DNA from: Paracoccus suum
GTDB lineage: Bacteria; Pseudomonadota; Alphaproteobacteria; Rhodobacterales; Rhodobacteraceae
Length of the DNA stretch: 32,000 bases
Reading direction: 5' to 3'
Assembly: GCF_003324675.1 (NCBI RefSeq)
Contig: NZ_CP030918.1
Location: forward strand, 840,001-872,000
A program made the translations under genes and the position numbers. How positions within the stretch are numbered: position 1 is the first letter of the stretch; each line of letters begins with the position of its first letter. Under the pieces are notes generated by a model. That model was given only the letters and a program-made list of their open reading frames with translations, was not told the origin of the DNA and did not search any database. This document shows, one piece after another, positions 15,866 through 23,286 of the stretch.

Positions 15866-16931
15866 CCATGTTAGTCAACCATGGAGCCATCGCTTCGGCG
15901 ATCGCAACCGAAACAGGCGCCGCGACGGCGTTGCCGAACTGCCGATATGCTTGGGTGTCACTTACCGGGATCTTCCAGGGATCGTTGGAGCCGGGACGGT
16001 CGAAACCCATAAGGCGCGCGCATTCCCGCGGGGTCAGGCGGCGCGGGTTCTCTCCAGGCTGCTTGACCAAGATTTCAGACCCATCCTTATGATACCGAGC
16101 GCTGAGTGTGCGGGCCACGTTTTCGGGGCCGACCAGCCCGAAACCGAAGCCATTGCCTGCCCTGCGATGCTTCTCGGCATACCGCTGGAGGTACGACCAG
16201 AGGCCATCAGTAAGCGTGTAACGGTCGTTGACCTTGCCGAAGCTACCGGTCGTGTAGCGCCCGTCTGCGGCCTCCGACCCGTCCTCGGGGTGGAGGATCG
16301 ATGCGAGGGTAGGGTTGGGCCCCGGCGGAACGAACACATCATCGAAGGAGAAGGTCGTCTTGTAGTCCCTGCGGAACCCAGAAATGAAAATTCGCTCACG
16401 ATGCTGCGGCACCCAAGAACGGGCATCTATCACGCGGTAATCAACCTCGTACCCGAGTTCGTCCAAGGCATGCAGGATGACCCGCATCGTGTTGCCCTTG
16501 TCATGGCTCAACAGATTCTTGACGTTCTCGAGCAAGAAGGCCCGGGGCTGGTGATGGCGCAGGATCCGGACGACGTCGAAGAACAGGGTCCCCTGGGTCT
16601 CGTCCGCGAACCCATGAGCTCGACCGAGCGAGTTCTTCTTGCTGACGCCAGCCAAAGAGAACGGCTGGCAGGGAAATCCGGCCAGAAGCAGATCATGATC
16701 AGGAATGTCTGACGCGGCAACCTGCGTGATGTCACCAGCGATTTCATGGTCGCTTCCAAAGTTAGCGCGATAGGTCTCCTGAGAGTACTTGTTCATCTCG
16801 CAGGTGAAGACGCATTGTCCACCAATTGCGTCGAAGCCACGCCGGAGGCCCCCGATTCCCGCGAACAAATCGATGAACTTGAAGGGTGCTTCGGGGTGTT
16901 CCAAGAATGTTTCCTGCACGCTTGTCGCCAC
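15831..16931 (-). CDS. DNA (cytosine-5)-methyltransferase
   Basis: [10 protein letters not shown] (motif I), [11 protein letters not shown] (IV), FLLENVKNL (VI), QHRERIF (VIII) and [11 protein letters not shown] (X) are present. The GTG start at 16931 has AGGA 4 nt upstream. Target specificity cannot be read from the sequence. Confidence 0.95.
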   Translation of the reverse strand: MATSVQETFLEHPEAPFKFIDLFAGIGGLRRGFDAIGGQCVFTCEMNKYSQETYRANFGSDHEIAGDITQVAASDIPDHDLLLAGFPCQPFSLAGVSKKNSLGRAHGFADETQGTLFFDVVRILRHHQPRAFLLENVKNLLSHDKGNTMRVILHALDELGYEVDYRVIDARSWVPQHRERIFISGFRRDYKTTFSFDDVFVPPGPNPTLASILHPEDGSEAADGRYTTGSFGKVNDRYTLTDGLWSYLQRYAEKHRRAGNGFGFGLVGPENVARTLSARYHKDGSEILVKQPGENPRRLTPRECARLMGFDRPGSNDPWKIPVSDTQAYRQFGNAVAAPVSVAIAEAMAPWLTNMVALRSRRERVG

Positions 16932-17611
16932 AATATCCTGGGCCGTGGGATCAAGCCCTCTGCTGATGCTATGCTAGGCAGCCTTCGCTGTCGATGGTTT
17001 GAGCGTAGCCGCCGGTCCGCGATGATGATGTCCTATCATTGGTCCATTAACAGATCGGTTTGAAGACAGCCGCGTCGTCGGTTCGGAGTTGCCCGACCCA
17101 CCGAGACAGGCCCGGGTCCGGGTCGAACAACAGATCGTGTGGCAAAGCCGTCATGCCCACGGCCTGATTTTCGGCATTGGAGCCGTCACTTCGACCTCCC
17201 GCAGCATCCCGCCCACGAGCGGCCCCTCGCGGATTCAGCCCAGCGCTTGCCACCAGTCGTCATAGCCGCGCCGGGCCGCTTCGATCTGCTGCGGATGGGG
17301 GGAGAACGTGACTGGGCAGGCCAGGATGTCGAAGATCTTCCACGTGGTACGCGCGCCCACACCGACACAGGCGTAGATCCGCGCCACCATCAAGCCGGGC
17401 CACGAGGCGGGGACTGGAATAAAGGCGGAAGGTGGAACTGGGGCTGGCAGTGGCGTTCCGGGCAGAACAAACGAGTAGTTGGTGCAAGATACACGTCACT
17501 GATCCAATGCCTTTGTGGGAAACGCTGAAACTGAACACGGATAACGGTATGAGCGCACATCAAGCCTGCGGTGGCGCCCTACACTTGTGTTGAGGCTTTG
17601 CACCCCCTCGG

Positions 17612-18949
17612 ATGCGCGCTATGAACAACACCAAGGCATATCTGATCAGGACGCGTCTCTTCATGTTTTCACGACTGCGGCTAGAAAACTTCAAGGCTTG
17701 GTTGGACCCCGAGGACATTACTTTGCGTCCACTTACGATGCTCCTCGGCACCAACTCATCCGGAAAGTCGTCTCTTATCCAGAGCCTGCTATTACTCAAG
17801 CAGACCGCGCGTTCGCCCGACCGGACTGTTCATCTCAATCTTGGTGGAGATGAGCTAAACGATCTTTTCAATTTTGGGTCCTTCGAAGACGTCCTGAACC
17901 ATAGCGCTGAGTCTCCGCGTCTATTTTCGATAGAATTCGACTTCGATAATCGTGGCGCAAGCAGAATTCATAAGGGCAGTTTTGGGTGCTCTTACGGCCA
18001 GACTTCGTCTGGCAGCGTCGCTGTTCAGGCTCTCACTCTCAAAGCTGAGGGACGTCAGTTCAAAGCCATTCGCCGAGAGAAAGGCGCTTTCTCGATCCTC
18101 GTAGATGATGAGCAACTGCCTCGGGCAAAGGGCCGCAATTACGCGCCTGAGCGCTCGATTGCCTTTTCGGCTGATGCGATAGCTGTACTCGATAAAGAAG
18201 GACAACTGCTTGAGGACCTCAGCCTAGCAATCCGGCAGGAACTAGATCGCACCATCTATCTTGGGCCGTTGCGTCGTAAGCCGGAACGCGATTACCCTTG
18301 GAATAAAAGCAAGCCAGGCGACGTGGGCAGCGATGGACGTGGCGCAGTAGACGCCCTCTTGGCAAGTACCCTATTGCGCGGCGATGAACAGAATTACGTT
18401 GTTGATGGCGTCTCTCGCTGGCTGCGTCATATGGGAGTTGCAGACAAGCTTGAGGTCAGACAGCAGGGGCGCTCAAATCGCTATGAATTAATTGTGCATC
18501 GTGAAGGCGTTGCATGCAATCTGCGGGATGTGGGTATCGGCGTATCACAGGTATTGCCGGTTTTGGTTGTGTCCTACTTTGCCCCTAAGGGTAGTACGAT
18601 CTTACTTGAAGAACCCGAGATTCACCTGCATCCGCTTGCTCAATCAGTTTTGGCTGAGCTTTTCGTCGACGTCAGTATGGAGCGCGGGGTTCAGTTTATT
18701 GTTGAAACGCATTCTGAGCATCTCTTCAGACGCATGCAGACACTAATTGCCAAGGAAAACACTTCGGCGACTGATGTGGCAATGTATTTCGTGAAGCGAA
18801 ACGGGCGTTCTGCGAAACTATGTACCCTCGAAATTGATGATTTTGGTCGTGTGAAAAACTGGCCTGACGGCTTTTTTGGCGACGCGCTCGGAGAGACTCG
18901 TGAACAAGCACGACTCATGTTTGAGCGGCAGAAGACACTTCAGCAATGA
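17612..18949 (+). CDS. AAA/ABC-type ATPase (AAA_15/21-like with a DUF3696-like C-terminus)
   Basis: LRLENFKAW...LLGTNSSGKSSL (Walker A), ILLEEPEIHLHP (Walker B), VETHSEHLF (H-loop) and the C-terminal ...DDFGRVKNWPDGFFGD. The true start may be the ATG at 17663 (MFSRLRLENFKAW). Confidence 0.85.
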   Translation: MRAMNNTKAYLIRTRLFMFSRLRLENFKAWLDPEDITLRPLTMLLGTNSSGKSSLIQSLLLLKQTARSPDRTVHLNLGGDELNDLFNFGSFEDVLNHSAESPRLFSIEFDFDNRGASRIHKGSFGCSYGQTSSGSVAVQALTLKAEGRQFKAIRREKGAFSILVDDEQLPRAKGRNYAPERSIAFSADAIAVLDKEGQLLEDLSLAIRQELDRTIYLGPLRRKPERDYPWNKSKPGDVGSDGRGAVDALLASTLLRGDEQNYVVDGVSRWLRHMGVADKLEVRQQGRSNRYELIVHREGVACNLRDVGIGVSQVLPVLVVSYFAPKGSTILLEEPEIHLHPLAQSVLAELFVDVSMERGVQFIVETHSEHLFRRMQTLIAKENTSATDVAMYFVKRNGRSAKLCTLEIDDFGRVKNWPDGFFGDALGETREQARLMFERQKTLQQ

Positions 18950-19476
18950 AAGAGCGCTATGTCGTTGATACCAACGTCTTGATTGCAGCAAGTGCAGCTG
19001 ACCCAGTGCACCCATCTGACATTGCCGCAACGCCGACTGATCCGGTATTGCGCCAGGCTGTTTGGGCTTGGTTGGACGAGTTTGAACGGGGAAACTGTCG
19101 TCTTGTGTTGGACTCAGAAAATCGCATTTGGAATGAGTACAACAATAAGCTGAGACATACTGATTTCGGCATTCAGGTCGTAATATCAAAGTGGAGCAAG
19201 TGCGCGGTCGACAACGTTGCGGTGGATTATGACGAGCACGGACATGGCACTTTGCCGGCAATGCTGGAGCCCGTCATCCATGACCTAGCAGATCGGAAGA
19301 TCGTTGCAGCTGCGCTGGCATCCTATGTAGATTTTGGTGAAGGGTGTATAGCGTTTGCTGGTGACACCGATTGGCATGACTGGGAGGAGGCCCTTCTGGC
19401 ACAGAACGTTGACCTCGAACCGATTATCGAGGCTTGGTCGCGCGCGAAGCATATAGAGAAACAAGAGAGAGTGTAG
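18946..19476 (+). CDS. PIN-like domain nuclease (176 aa)
   Basis: YVVDTNVLIAAS (first acidic residue), LVLDSENRIWNEY, DLADRKIVAAAL and the GDTDW acidic positions fit a PIN fold. It has an ATGA overlap with the ATPase stop. Confidence 0.65.
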   Translation: MKERYVVDTNVLIAASAADPVHPSDIAATPTDPVLRQAVWAWLDEFERGNCRLVLDSENRIWNEYNNKLRHTDFGIQVVISKWSKCAVDNVAVDYDEHGHGTLPAMLEPVIHDLADRKIVAAALASYVDFGEGCIAFAGDTDWHDWEEALLAQNVDLEPIIEAWSRAKHIEKQERV

Positions 19477-19484
19477 GAAGCCTG

Positions 19485-20198
19485 ATGCAAAGCTTCTTTC
19501 GCTTTCCTTCCACGCCTCATCTTGCTTGGCTGAGTCGCCTTGCTGTTCCACGCGAGGATAAAGTGCTTTGTCGCGAAGATGCCGCAAGTCTGCTATCGGG
19601 CGAAGTGGTTGTCGAGGAGAAGCTTGATGGTGCCAACATTGGACTATCTCTAGCCGAAGACGGTTCTCTCCAGGTTCAAAATCGCGGGCAATATTTGATC
19701 GCGCCATTTGTAGGGCAATTCGTAAACGTGCCCGAATGGCTTTCGCAGCATGGTGAGGATATCCGTGATCGTCTTGATGGATCGCTTATAATCTTTGGTG
19801 AGTGGTGTGCTGCACGGCACTCAATTAGTTATGACCGCCTGCCTGATTGGTTTGTAATGTTCGATGTCTATGATCGGGCGATTGCACGTTTCTGGAGTAC
19901 TGATCGACGAAACGCTCTCGCTTCTGCGGCCAACCTAGTGACTGTGCCAACCTTGCTGCGAGGGAAAACAAATTTGGCTCAGTTGGAAGAGATAATGGAT
20001 AAACGGCTTAGCCGATATGCGCTTGAGCCGATGGAAGGTTTAGTTGTTCGTCGAGAGAGCGCTCTGTGGTGTGAGAGGCGCGCCAAGCTTGTACGTCCAG
20101 ACTTCACTCAGGAGATTACGGAGCATTGGAGTCGGCACAGTATCAAGTGGAATCGAGTAGATTGGTCGGTCCGTTCGGACCCTAACTCTGCCACGTAA
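19485..20198 (+). CDS. ATP-dependent RNA ligase family protein (Rnl2/RNA_ligase-type nucleotidyltransferase)
   Basis: FPSTPHLAWLS N-terminus, EEKLDGANIG (motif I KxDG), IIFGEW (III), FVMFDVYD (IV) and EGLVVRRE...AKLVRPDF (V). The ATG at 19485 has AGGAAG 4 nt upstream and lies 8 nt after the PIN stop. The track ORF start at 19434 overlaps the PIN gene. Confidence 0.85.
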   Translation: MQSFFRFPSTPHLAWLSRLAVPREDKVLCREDAASLLSGEVVVEEKLDGANIGLSLAEDGSLQVQNRGQYLIAPFVGQFVNVPEWLSQHGEDIRDRLDGSLIIFGEWCAARHSISYDRLPDWFVMFDVYDRAIARFWSTDRRNALASAANLVTVPTLLRGKTNLAQLEEIMDKRLSRYALEPMEGLVVRRESALWCERRAKLVRPDFTQEITEHWSRHSIKWNRVDWSVRSDPNSAT

Positions 20199-20207
20199 TC
20201 GGTTTTT

Positions 20208-20227
20208 CTTGTCAACGCTTGGTCAAG
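20208..20227 (+). repeat. Direct repeat, right copy (cttgtcaacgcttggtcaag)
   Basis: It matches 4907-4926 at 18 of 20 positions and lies 10 nt after the RNA ligase stop. Confidence 0.5.
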
Positions 20228-20356
20228 CCGCGAATGCGTTTCTGAGCGCACGTCGATCCTTCCAAAGCCAGTGAGAAACGCCGAGCGAACGCAAATGAAT
20301 CTGCCATCTCAAAGGCTTGTCGGCCAAGTTGCTGAAATCAAAATAAAAAAATCAAC

Positions 20357-20469
20357 GGGTTCGGCTCATAACCTGAAGGTTGCAGTCACAGGGGCTCGTT
20401 GACTCGATGGAGGAGCTTTGGACAACTGGCAGGTCGTTCGGTTCAGGTCTAATCCTGTCCCCGCAACCA
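20357..20469 (+). pseudogene. Degenerate tRNA-fMet 3' fragments (probable att remnant), not a functional tRNA
   Basis: 20357-20385 (gggttcggCTCATAAcctgaaggttgcag) resembles the initiator-tRNA anticodon arm and variable loop (E. coli GGGCTCATAACCCGAAGGTCGTCGG). 20431-20469 (aggtcgttcggttcaggtctaatcctgtccccgcaacca) resembles AGGTCGTCGGTTCAAATCCGGCCCCCGCAACCA, with a 1-nt and a 5-nt insertion. No D-arm or 5' acceptor strand is present upstream, where the sequence is AT-rich (aaataaaaaaatc). Confidence 0.55.
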
Positions 20470-20482
20470 GAACGATCACGCA

Positions 20483-20507
20483 AAACGCCGCCCCCAGGGC
20501 GGCGTTT
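20483..20507. terminator. Bidirectional-type intrinsic terminator hairpin (AAACGCCGCCC-cca-GGGCGGCGTTT)
   Basis: An 11-bp perfect stem with an 8-bp GC core has an A-tract on one side and a T-tract on the other. It starts 14 nt after the CCA of the tRNA-like fragment. Confidence 0.55.
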
Positions 20508-20773
20508 GCCGTTCAAGGGGACGGGAACGCAGGCAATAGCCGGGCCGATCGTAAAAGCGCGGGCAAACGCGAGCGGCCAAGCGACCGACGGATGGGCGGC
20601 AGTGCGATAACTGTAAAATTACTCAAAATTTGGGCGCAGACACCCAGAATCAAGACGGGTCCTGCCACGCGGCCCCGTTGGGCCGTCGCCCACCCTTTTC
20701 CGGAATACCCTGAGAAGAGACCCCAGACGCACGTCTCCCTACGACACGCCATCACCTGTCCGAGGCCACCGCC

Positions 20774-21661
20774 TTAGAGTGCGCTGACCTCAGTCCGGCT
20801 AAAATCTATGTGAGCGCGGCTTAGGTCCGGCCCAAGGAATATCCCGACCCCCGCCTCGACGCTACGTGAGGTCAGTTCCAACTCTCCGGACGCGAATTGA
20901 AACAGGAACGTCCCCGGCTCGCCGGCGAAGCGGACAAAACCCTTGGCACGGTGGAGCCGCGTGGGTGCGGCGGCGAACCACGCCCGAAAGGCCGCACGAT
21001 CGACTGGACGATCCAACGTCACCACCACAGATCTGAAGGTCGCGTCATGCGGGGCGCTCCTCAGGACGGCGCGGGGCCGCAGGTGCGTGCCCGCCAGGAC
21101 GGAGCCGGACATTTCGGTCCGTCCCAGGATTTTTGCCTCGGTATTCAGCGCGGCAATAAGCGACCGCACCCCGCCCTCAGCGGCTGTGTCGATCCGGTCC
21201 AGACGCGACAGCAGGACGACATCTGCCCCCGCGACTTGCGCCTCCAGGACGCGGGCGATGCGCGGGTCTGCGAGGCGCGCGGCAAAACTTTCGGCGCAGG
21301 CCACCGTGACGACCCGCTGGCAATCAAGGTCCGGCTCGGCATGGGCGATGCTGGTCAGCCGCTGCGGCTCGGCGACGCCGCTGGCCTCGATCACCAGGCG
21401 GTCGATGCTGTCCCGCATCGCGAATACCCGGTCGAAGGCGCGAAAAAGATCGCCGTCCATGCTGCAGCACACGCAACCGTTGGTTAGTTGCAGCACGCCC
21501 CCGCTAGCCCCGGCGATCAGGCCTGCGTCGATCTGCACCGCGCCGAAGTCATTGACCATTACCGCGATCCGCTGCGTCGCACCGGCTAGCAACTCGTTCA
21601 ACAGTGTCGTCTTGCCGGCTCCCAGATAGCCGCAGATGACGTTGATGGGCAGAGGCGTCAT
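20774..21661 (-). CDS. COG0523/CobW-family G3E GTPase (metallochaperone-type)
   Basis: ICGYLGAGKTTLLN (P-loop), the NGCVCCS (CxCC) metal motif and VIEASGVAEP are present. It has an ATGA overlap with the upstream amidohydrolase gene. Confidence 0.9.
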   Translation of the reverse strand: MTPLPINVICGYLGAGKTTLLNELLAGATQRIAVMVNDFGAVQIDAGLIAGASGGVLQLTNGCVCCSMDGDLFRAFDRVFAMRDSIDRLVIEASGVAEPQRLTSIAHAEPDLDCQRVVTVACAESFAARLADPRIARVLEAQVAGADVVLLSRLDRIDTAAEGGVRSLIAALNTEAKILGRTEMSGSVLAGTHLRPRAVLRSAPHDATFRSVVVTLDRPVDRAAFRAWFAAAPTRLHRAKGFVRFAGEPGTFLFQFASGELELTSRSVEAGVGIFLGPDLSRAHIDFSRTEVSAL

Positions 21662-23286
21662 GCGGCCTGGGCCTGCGTCGGCCTTCCGCCCAGCACCGTG
21701 GCCCGCACGCGCACGTCGCGAAGGCTGGAAATGGTCAGCGGATCGTCCTCGAGCACGGCAAAGTCGGCCCGCTTCCCGACCTCGATCGAGCCAACCTCGC
21801 CGTCCAGTCGCAATGTGTAGGCCGCGCCGAGCGTGACCGCATAGAGGGCCTCCTCCCGCGTCAGCCGCTCGCTTTCGCCGAGGACACGGCCTCCTTCAGT
21901 CTGGCGGGTTTCGGCGCACCAGGCGGTGAACAACGGGGCCAGCGGGGTGATCGGCGCGTCAGAGTGGATCGCGAGCGGAACGCCATGGTTCAGCGCCGTG
22001 CGGCACGCGTTCATGCGGGTCGCGCGATCCGGGCCGACGGTGACTTCGTAATGCTTGTCACCGAAGTAGTAGAGGTGGTTGGCAAAGAGATTGGCGCAGC
22101 AGCCAAGGCGCCCCATGCGTCGGAACTGCGCTGCATCGGCCATCTGGCAATGCTGCAGCGTGTGCCGGTGGTCCGGCCAGTTGCGCGATGGCAGGGCAGC
22201 CTCGATCGCATCCAGCGCGGCGGCGCTCGCGGCATCGCCGTTGACGTGGATGTGCATCTGGACCCCGCCAGCGTGCAGCTTGGCTGCCAGCAGCCCAAGT
22301 GCCTCGGGGCCGATGTTCCAAAAGCCGTTGTCATCGCCCCGGTAATAGCCGGGCCACCGCAGCTGCGCGGTAAACCCCTGGATCGACCCGTCGGTCACGA
22401 TCTTGACCCCGCCGAGGCGCAGGCGGTCGTGGCCCTGCGCGGCCAGCCACAGCGCCCGCTCGACCAGCTCATCGGGGGGCAGGGTGTGGGCCGCCAGCAT
22501 CGGCACGATCCGGACGGGATAGGCAGGATCGGCCGTCACCCGCGACAGAAGCGCAAGCTGATCGTCGCTGAGTTCGGATACGAGGTCGGTCGAGGTCGTG
22601 ACCCCCGCCCGCATCGCCGAGCGGGCAAAGTTCCACAGCCCCCCGTTCGAAATAGAAAGGTCGCGAAAGCTTGCCCCGACGCGGCGCATGACGGGATACA
22701 TGGCACCCATCTCGTGCAGCTCGCCATGCAGGCTGCCGTCCTTGTCCTTCAGAACGCCGGGTACATCGGTTGCATCATCATAGCCCGCCATCGACAACGC
22801 AGCGGTATTTGCCGTCAGCAGGTGCATGTTCGAATGCAGGATCACGACCGGGCGGTCCGACACGGCGGCGTCCAGATCGCGCCGTGTCGGGCGCGGGCCC
22901 TCGATAAACAGCGGATCGAACCCCCAAGCGATTAGTGGTCCCTGGGGATGCGCGAGCGCCCATTCCTTTAGTCGCTCGATCAGCGCCTCGCGTGTCGGCG
23001 CGCCGTGGGCAATGGAGCCGTCCGGCTGAACGCGGTCGTAATGACCGAGGTAGAGGTGCTTCCAGACCGCGCCCTCCATCAGATGCGCATGCCCTTCGAC
23101 AAGGCCCGGCATCAGCACTGCGTCGGCGAAGCTGTCATCGATGTCGTACCGGCCCCAGTCCGCCATCTCGTTCGCATCGCCGACAGCAAGGATCAGCCCC
23201 TCGGGCGAGACGAGCACCCGGTCGGCCGCCGGCCGGGCCGGGTCCATGGTGATGATCTGTCGGGCTGTGAACATCCGGTTGGTCAT
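21658..23286 (-). CDS. Amidohydrolase-family metal-dependent hydrolase (Amidohydro_3/YtcJ-like)
   Basis: MPGLVEGHAHLMEG (HxH), ...VKIVTDGS..., HIHVNGD and AIHSDAP are metal-ligand motifs. The start is taken at the ATG at 23286 (GAGGG 5 nt upstream). The track ORF extends artefactually to 23589. Confidence 0.88.
   Translation of the reverse strand: MTNRMFTARQIITMDPARPAADRVLVSPEGLILAVGDANEMADWGRYDIDDSFADAVLMPGLVEGHAHLMEGAVWKHLYLGHYDRVQPDGSIAHGAPTREALIERLKEWALAHPQGPLIAWGFDPLFIEGPRPTRRDLDAAVSDRPVVILHSNMHLLTANTAALSMAGYDDATDVPGVLKDKDGSLHGELHEMGAMYPVMRRVGASFRDLSISNGGLWNFARSAMRAGVTTSTDLVSELSDDQLALLSRVTADPAYPVRIVPMLAAHTLPPDELVERALWLAAQGHDRLRLGGVKIVTDGSIQGFTAQLRWPGYYRGDDNGFWNIGPEALGLLAAKLHAGGVQMHIHVNGDAASAAALDAIEAALPSRNWPDHRHTLQHCQMADAAQFRRMGRLGCCANLFANHLYYFGDKHYEVTVGPDRATRMNACRTALNHGVPLAIHSDAPITPLAPLFTAWCAETRQTEGGRVLGESERLTREEALYAVTLGAAYTLRLDGEVGSIEVGKRADFAVLEDDPLTISSLRDVRVRATVLGGRPTQAQAA

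Larger units (their letters stand above)
1..20512. mobile_element. Right-hand >=20 kb of an integrative genomic (defence) island; the left end lies outside the window
   Basis: Tandem recombinase genes plus an excisionase-like HTH lie at 1-2405. A dense run of defence, TA and phage-remnant genes and pseudogenes follows. Degenerate tRNA-fMet 3' fragments (20357-20469) followed by a hairpin terminator mark the right edge. Housekeeping-type operons begin at 20774. Confidence 0.6.

Noticed and set aside
12947-16712. Long plus-strand ORFs (12947-13945, 13614-14330, 14367-14960, 14985-15470, 15735-16712) opposite the six-gene operon
   Set aside because: Each overlaps a minus-strand gene with intact catalytic motifs. 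None shows a recognisable domain. They are shadow ORFs.
17047-17538. Track ORFs 17047-17253 (-), 17260-17538 (-) and 17139-17528 (+) in the divergent spacer
   Set aside because: They overlap each other, have no recognisable motifs and have odd composition. Only a different-frame coding remnant looks protein-like, and that is reported as a low-interest finding.
20357-20469. Possibility of a functional tRNA-Met/fMet gene or a tRNA with an intron
   Set aside because: There is no 5' acceptor strand or D-arm upstream. The anticodon stem has a mismatch. The T-loop carries a 5-nt insertion (ttcaGGTCTaatcc). The two pieces both contain the variable-loop segment, so they do not splice into one cloverleaf. 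I treat them as scars.
20380-20777. Plus-strand ORFs 20380-20610 and 20418-20777 and minus-strand ORF 20513-20755 in the island/core junction
   Set aside because: They run through the tRNA-like fragments and the terminator hairpin. They have low-complexity Arg/Pro/Gly-rich translations and are most likely non-coding.
21964-22935. 323-aa plus-strand ORF opposite the amidohydrolase gene
   Set aside because: It is a shadow frame of a gene with clear metal-binding motifs.
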